From an uncultured bacterium (GTDB taxonomy: Bacteria; Zixibacteria; MSB-5A5; UBA10806), in the NCBI GenBank assembly GCA_965541585.1, contig CBEUCH010000031.1, positions 1-12,359 on the forward strand: 12,359 nt of DNA. Reading direction: 5' to 3'. This document shows, in pieces, positions 7,601 to 12,359 of this stretch. A program made the translations under genes and the position numbers. Below the pieces are notes generated by a model, which was not told the DNA's origin, searched no databases, and saw nothing but the letters and a program-made list of their open reading frames with translations. The first letter of the stretch is position 1. The number at the start of each line of letters is the position of its first letter.

Positions 7601-7667
7601 GATTATGTGCAAGAATTGGAACCGATACCCTCTTGTTATCGGTTTTAGGTAGAAAAAGGAGATTTTG

Positions 7668-9935
7668 ATGCGAAGGTACATTTGGCTTCTCTTTGGTGTG
7701 ATAATGATTTGGAGCTTATCGTCCATGGCGGCTACGGAAGAGCGCCCGATGCTTCTCAGGGTCGGTCTTCAGGATAGGGGAGTAGTCGATTTTTTGCATA
7801 AGGGTGGATTCGATATCGCTTATATATCCAGGGGAGATTTTGCAGAGATCGTCGCTGACGATAACGACTATAATAGACTTCAAGCAGCCGGATTGAATCC
7901 GCAGATAATTCACCAGGATCTGGTGGCATTCTATCAATCGCGATTCCCCATTGGCACCGATATGGGGGGATTCCCGACATTATCTGAGGCTCTGGCATTT
8001 ATGGACTCGCTTCATGAACTGTATCCGGATATTACCACTGCTCGAAGTCCCATCGGCTATTCGATCGAGGATAGAGCGATCTGGATGATGAAGATTTCCG
8101 ATAATCCGCAGGATGATGAAGACGAACCCGAATTCTTTATAAATGCACTGATCCACGCCCGGGAGCCGATAGGTCTTGAGTCGTCATTGAGGTTTATGGC
8201 GCACCTTTGCGAAAACTATGGTACCGATCCCGAAATTACCGAACTCGTCGACAACCGCGAATTTTATTTTGTGCCGGTTATCAACCCCGATGGTTACGAA
8301 TATAACCGGCAGACCAATCCCAATGGCGGCGGCATGTGGCGAAAAAACAGAAATGCCACCGGCTATGTCGATCTTAACCGTAACTGGGGATACATGTGGG
8401 GCTATGATGATGACGGCTCCTCACCAGATCCAGGGGACGAAACATACAGGGGCATGGCACCCTTTTCGGAGCCTGAGACCTCATCATTGCGCCAGTTCAT
8501 TAATTCTCGAAATTTCAATCTGATAATGAACTTTCATGCCTATGGAGATATATTGTTATATCCCTGGGGATATCACGATGGCTACACTCCGGATGATGGA
8601 ATATTCCGCGCCTTATCCGATTCGACCTGTGCTGAGAACGGCTACGGGTTCGGCACGCCCTGGGAGCTTTTATACAACACTAACGGCGATGCTACGGACT
8701 GGCAGTACGGCGAGCAGATTGAGAAACCGAAGATATTCGGCTTTGTTTTGGAGGTTGGAAGCGGGTATGACGGTTTCTGGCCCGAACCATCGAGAATCCC
8801 GGAACTCTGGAATGATGTACTACCGGCACTCCTCTATCTCTCCAGGGCAGCTGATAATCCTTATCTTCCCTCGGCTCCTCAGGCGCCGGTGTTAAATCCC
8901 ATCGGCGATGTTTACGCCGACTCGTTCTTCGTCACTTGGGAGTCTTCCGATACGCTGAATCCTGCCGTTGCATTTGAGTTAAAAGAGTTGATTGGTCTTG
9001 AGAGAGTCGAGGATGATTTTGAAGATGGCGTATCGAACTGGGATTTGGGCGGTTTCTATCGCAGCACCATCCGGTCACATTCCGGCTATTATTCTCTTTA
9101 CTCCGGATCGTTCAATAACTATAACGGTTCGGCGATTCTGGCCAATCCCGTATCTGTCGGTGAGGATGAGGTGCTTAGATTCTGGACCTGGTATAATATC
9201 GAACTGGACTACGACTATGCCTATGTTCAGTTGTCAACCGACGGCGGTAGCAGCTTCATAAACCTCGAAGGCAATATTACTACCAATTATAATCCGCACG
9301 GCGGCAACCAGGGCAATGGGATTACCGGCAATTCGGGCGGATGGGTGCTTGCAGAGTTTCCTTTAGACGATTATACCGGTCAATCTGTTATGCTGGGGAT
9401 GAGATACGTTACCGATGGCTGGACTACCCGCGATGGTTTCTTCGCTGACGAATTCTATCCGGTTGAGACATTCGATGAAGAAAATACCCTCGCTTCCGAT
9501 ATCGTCGATACTTTCTACCTGGTCAGTGGTCGCGCGCCCGGGGATTATTATTACCAGGTCCGGGCAGAAGATGCTGAGGGTCAATGGTCGGTTTTTTCCA
9601 ATATGGAAGCAGCCCGTGTCCACCCGCAAACCGGTATCGATGATAACCGATTGCCGGTATCGCTGGCATTGAAGCAAAACTATCCTAATCCGTTTAATCC
9701 TCAAACCGCCATATCATTCTCGATTCCACATCGGGGGTTGGTGGATCTGACCGTATACAATATTCTCGGATCGAAGGTACGGACTCTGGTCAACTCTGAG
9801 GTCGAGGTCGGCGAGCATCTGGTAATATTCGATAGTATAGACGACCATGGCAGCCCGGTGGCTCCTGGAATCTACTTCTATAGACTAAAGACAGAATCTA
9901 TCGCTTTGACTAGGAAAATGGTTCTGATAAAATAA
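7668..9935 (+). CDS. Secreted M14 zinc carboxypeptidase (carboxypeptidase T-like) with FN3 / immune-inhibitor-A MAM-like domain and C-terminal FlgD-Ig/T9SS type A-like tail
   Basis: AAGGAG RBS (7656-7661) favours ATG 7668 over TTG 7665. Signal peptide MRRYIWLLFGVIMIWSLSSMA. M14 motifs IHARE (His 8154), NPDG, WRKNR, VDLNRNW, PFSEPET, NFHAY, TDWQY, LEVG. Then WYNIELDYDYAYVQLSTDGG..GITGNSGGW..RYVTDG (InhA MAM-like) and the NYPNPFNP tail. Confidence 0.93.
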   Translation: MRRYIWLLFGVIMIWSLSSMAATEERPMLLRVGLQDRGVVDFLHKGGFDIAYISRGDFAEIVADDNDYNRLQAAGLNPQIIHQDLVAFYQSRFPIGTDMGGFPTLSEALAFMDSLHELYPDITTARSPIGYSIEDRAIWMMKISDNPQDDEDEPEFFINALIHAREPIGLESSLRFMAHLCENYGTDPEITELVDNREFYFVPVINPDGYEYNRQTNPNGGGMWRKNRNATGYVDLNRNWGYMWGYDDDGSSPDPGDETYRGMAPFSEPETSSLRQFINSRNFNLIMNFHAYGDILLYPWGYHDGYTPDDGIFRALSDSTCAENGYGFGTPWELLYNTNGDATDWQYGEQIEKPKIFGFVLEVGSGYDGFWPEPSRIPELWNDVLPALLYLSRAADNPYLPSAPQAPVLNPIGDVYADSFFVTWESSDTLNPAVAFELKELIGLERVEDDFEDGVSNWDLGGFYRSTIRSHSGYYSLYSGSFNNYNGSAILANPVSVGEDEVLRFWTWYNIELDYDYAYVQLSTDGGSSFINLEGNITTNYNPHGGNQGNGITGNSGGWVLAEFPLDDYTGQSVMLGMRYVTDGWTTRDGFFADEFYPVETFDEENTLASDIVDTFYLVSGRAPGDYYYQVRAEDAEGQWSVFSNMEAARVHPQTGIDDNRLPVSLALKQNYPNPFNPQTAISFSIPHRGLVDLTVYNILGSKVRTLVNSEVEVGEHLVIFDSIDDHGSPVAPGIYFYRLKTESIALTRKMVLIK

Positions 9936-9966
9936 GCCAAAACTCGAAGATTTAGCATCAACAGGA

Positions 9967-10004
9967 CGGGGATCATCTGGAGATGATCCCCGATTCTTTT
10001 CTTT
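9967..10004 (+). terminator. Rho-independent terminator after the M14 gene
   Basis: Perfect inverted repeat CGGGGATCATCT / AGATGATCCCCG (9967-9992) followed by ATTCTTTTCTTT. Confidence 0.85.
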
Positions 10005-10367
10005 ATTAAAGCCGCGATTTATCTTGACAAAACTATGATTTGGCCATTCATTGCGGGTGAGATAATTCGTATTAGCCAAACTGACAACGCACGAGGGAAG
10101 ATATGTTACCTTTTGGTGTGGACATATTTATCTTTTGGACCCTAAGGTGGCCGGATATTTACCGCATGCCTTCTCGATAATTGAAGGTTCAGAGGGTCTT
10201 CGAAATTGTGCTTGCTGTGCGACACTTCGTAACATGCAATATCATGCTTGTTCGCGCGCCCCCCCTTGGCGACTCTTATATCTGCCCAAGACCGGGGACC
10301 CTACATTTAGGGCTCTAAATGTGAATGTTTTGGCGAAATGGAGAAGGCAGGCAAACTGGAGGTATCA

Positions 10368-12347
10368 ATGAAAAAATACGGCATTCTTGATCAGAAGTGT
10401 CACTTGTTCTTTCTGACTAACTTTTTTCGACAGGCGGTCAAAATTATGTTTGGCAGGTTCGCTTATTCCGTCATCTTGTGCACACTGGTGCTCGGGGGCA
10501 GCAGGACGGCCTCGGCGGTATCTTATGGTGTTTCTTGCAACACACAGGAGATTTACGAACAGGATTACCTCAGCTTTTTTGGCTATCTTCCACAGGACGA
10601 TTGCTACAATGGTGATTGTGATGATCCGGAGGTCCGCGATTTGTGGATCCCAGGTCCTAACGATCCAATTAAGTACATTAGGATCTATTTCCATGTTTTC
10701 AGAAACGACGATGGAAGCAACCCGGCAACAACCGAGCCTTATGTAGCGGAGCAAGTTGCGGTTATCAATTCCGCTTTTCTGCCGCACAGAATTCAATTCG
10801 TATATGACATGCGTTTTGTCAATTCCACTGAGTATCGTCACTTGGAAAATCTCGATGAAATCTACGCGATGAGAAGTGCGTACGCATTATATCCACATCT
10901 GCAACTCAACGCTTATGTAACCGATTCCGGCCCCTCCAGAGGCACCCTCCCTTGGGATCAAGTCCGAGATCCACTGGGCAATCAAGGTGGTGCTATATTA
11001 GACGACTCTTATTTTTTCCCGTGGCGTACAACCGTTGCGATACATGAGATAGGACATTGTCTCGGCCTCTGGCATACTCACCACGGTGTTTCAGAGGTTG
11101 AGGAATGCGGTGTATGCTGGGAACGGGCAGATGGCCTCGACTGCGACATAACGGGAGACCTTTGTTGTGACACGCCCCCCACACCTTCTAATGCCTATTG
11201 TAATGATCCCGGGGGGATCGATCCATGCAGTGACACGCGTTGGGGAGACACTGCCCCAGAAAACTACTTGAGCTATGCGATAGGCGAGCCTTGCCGGTCA
11301 GAGTTTACCTCCCAGCAGTCTGGACGCATGCTCTGCTGGTTTAACGATGCGTTAAGGACTTGGGAGGAAGGAACCGGACACTACATTTCCCCCATTTCTT
11401 TCAATGTTTATGCTTACCATCGTGGAGATGTTGTATATAGGACCTTGACCATTACTAACTTGAGTAGCCAAGATATTACATTTGCCTTTAGTTCAAGTCC
11501 TCGCTGGCTCTCATTCGTGCCGTCGAGCGGTATTGTGGACGCAGACGGCGAAATCGATATAGAAATCGGTTTTGATCCGATAAATTATGCTATCGGCCAG
11601 ACATTATCGCATGACGCACAATTGAACACCTCAGATCCTCTAACTCCGCTGGATATAATACCGTGCATCATGTCCATTCTTGATCCCAACGAAGGGCCGC
11701 CTCTTATTGTATTCGATACCGACCCAATCTACCTTACAAAATATGCTTTTGACAATCAAGGTACGTTGATTCAACGCCTGGTATCGAACGATGGTGGCAA
11801 TGTTCTCAACTTCACCTTTACGAACAACCGGTTCTGGATATCCGCTGCTGATCATGGAAGCCTTACAGGCGGGCAGTCTTCGAACGCGCTCATGAAATTC
11901 TTCTCAAGAGATTTGGACATCGGCTACTACACGGGTCAGATCCTTGTCCGTCACAACGAAAGAGGACGTGAAAATCCCTTGGTAGTTCAAGTGAATATGA
12001 CCGTTGTTGACGGTGGTGGGTGGCTGCTTGGCAAAACCAACGAAAATGATCACAAGGCTCTACTTCCCGGTAAGTTAGTTGTTTACCAGAGTTACCCCAA
12101 CCCCTCAAATCCCGCAACCACTATCAGATTCGGCTTGCCGGAGAAATCAAATGTCCACCTGGAAATCTTCGACATCCTGGGCCGGCAGGTTGCCATCTTA
12201 GCAGATAAGCCGATGGAAGCAGGGTATCATGAGATCATCTGGGACAGCAGGAACCGCTCCGGCGGCGAGGTGTCTACGGGCGTTTACTTCTACAGGCTAA
12301 AGGCCGGCGAGTTTAACTCGATAAAAAAGATGCTTATATTGAAATAG
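10368..12347 (+). CDS. Secreted M43 (pappalysin-family) zinc metalloprotease with two BACON/ASH-like Ig domains and C-terminal FlgD-Ig/T9SS type A-like tail
   Basis: HEIGHCLGLWH zinc motif (11043-11075), GD.C.DTPP, NYLSY (Met-turn position) and FT.QQ..RM. Start is uncertain: ATG 10368 has GGAGGT 4 nt upstream, ATG 10446 gives a cleaner signal peptide (MFGRFAYSVILCTLVLGGSRTASA), and the ORF-track start is 10338. Stop TAG 12345-12347. Confidence 0.9.
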   Translation: MKKYGILDQKCHLFFLTNFFRQAVKIMFGRFAYSVILCTLVLGGSRTASAVSYGVSCNTQEIYEQDYLSFFGYLPQDDCYNGDCDDPEVRDLWIPGPNDPIKYIRIYFHVFRNDDGSNPATTEPYVAEQVAVINSAFLPHRIQFVYDMRFVNSTEYRHLENLDEIYAMRSAYALYPHLQLNAYVTDSGPSRGTLPWDQVRDPLGNQGGAILDDSYFFPWRTTVAIHEIGHCLGLWHTHHGVSEVEECGVCWERADGLDCDITGDLCCDTPPTPSNAYCNDPGGIDPCSDTRWGDTAPENYLSYAIGEPCRSEFTSQQSGRMLCWFNDALRTWEEGTGHYISPISFNVYAYHRGDVVYRTLTITNLSSQDITFAFSSSPRWLSFVPSSGIVDADGEIDIEIGFDPINYAIGQTLSHDAQLNTSDPLTPLDIIPCIMSILDPNEGPPLIVFDTDPIYLTKYAFDNQGTLIQRLVSNDGGNVLNFTFTNNRFWISAADHGSLTGGQSSNALMKFFSRDLDIGYYTGQILVRHNERGRENPLVVQVNMTVVDGGGWLLGKTNENDHKALLPGKLVVYQSYPNPSNPATTIRFGLPEKSNVHLEIFDILGRQVAILADKPMEAGYHEIIWDSRNRSGGEVSTGVYFYRLKAGEFNSIKKMLILK

Positions 12348-12359
12348 AATACGGATTAA

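Noticed and set aside
10041..10054. TGGC...TTGC as a sigma54 promoter
   Set aside because: GG-GC spacing is 9 nt, not the required 10.
9885..10371. Small ORFs 9885-10079 (-) and 10135-10371 (+)
   Set aside because: No convincing RBS or motif; the first spans a terminator. A leader peptide cannot be excluded but is unsupported.
7030..10439. 11-mer GACAGGCGGTC occurring at 7030 and 10429
   Set aside because: Some repeated 11-mers are expected by chance in 12 kb, and the flanks do not extend the match.

Overview
Bacterial window with four co-oriented + strand genes; three are followed by an intrinsic terminator and the last ends at the window edge. (1) The 3' ~2,226 codons of a giant, acidic, 5'-truncated S8 (bacillopeptidase F-like) serine protease carrying many accessory modules, several nested inside split FN3/Ig domains. 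(2) A small RNase HI-fold protein with a degenerate active site, preceded by a sigma54-like promoter, an IHF consensus site and an upstream palindrome. (3) A secreted M14 carboxypeptidase T-like enzyme. (4) A secreted M43 metalloprotease that resembles metazoan pappalysin (PAPP-A) and has Leu at the Met-turn. All three proteases end in a collinear 94-aa 'YPNPFNP...KM(L/V)xxK' FlgD-Ig/T9SS type A-like sorting tail. This suggests an FCB-group candidate lineage such as Zixibacteria (inference only). No tRNA, rRNA, CRISPR or mobile element was seen. The most novel-looking items are the pseudo-RNase H unit with its sigma54-type promoter, the pappalysin-like protease, and the nested, possibly polyprotein-like architecture of the S8 protease.
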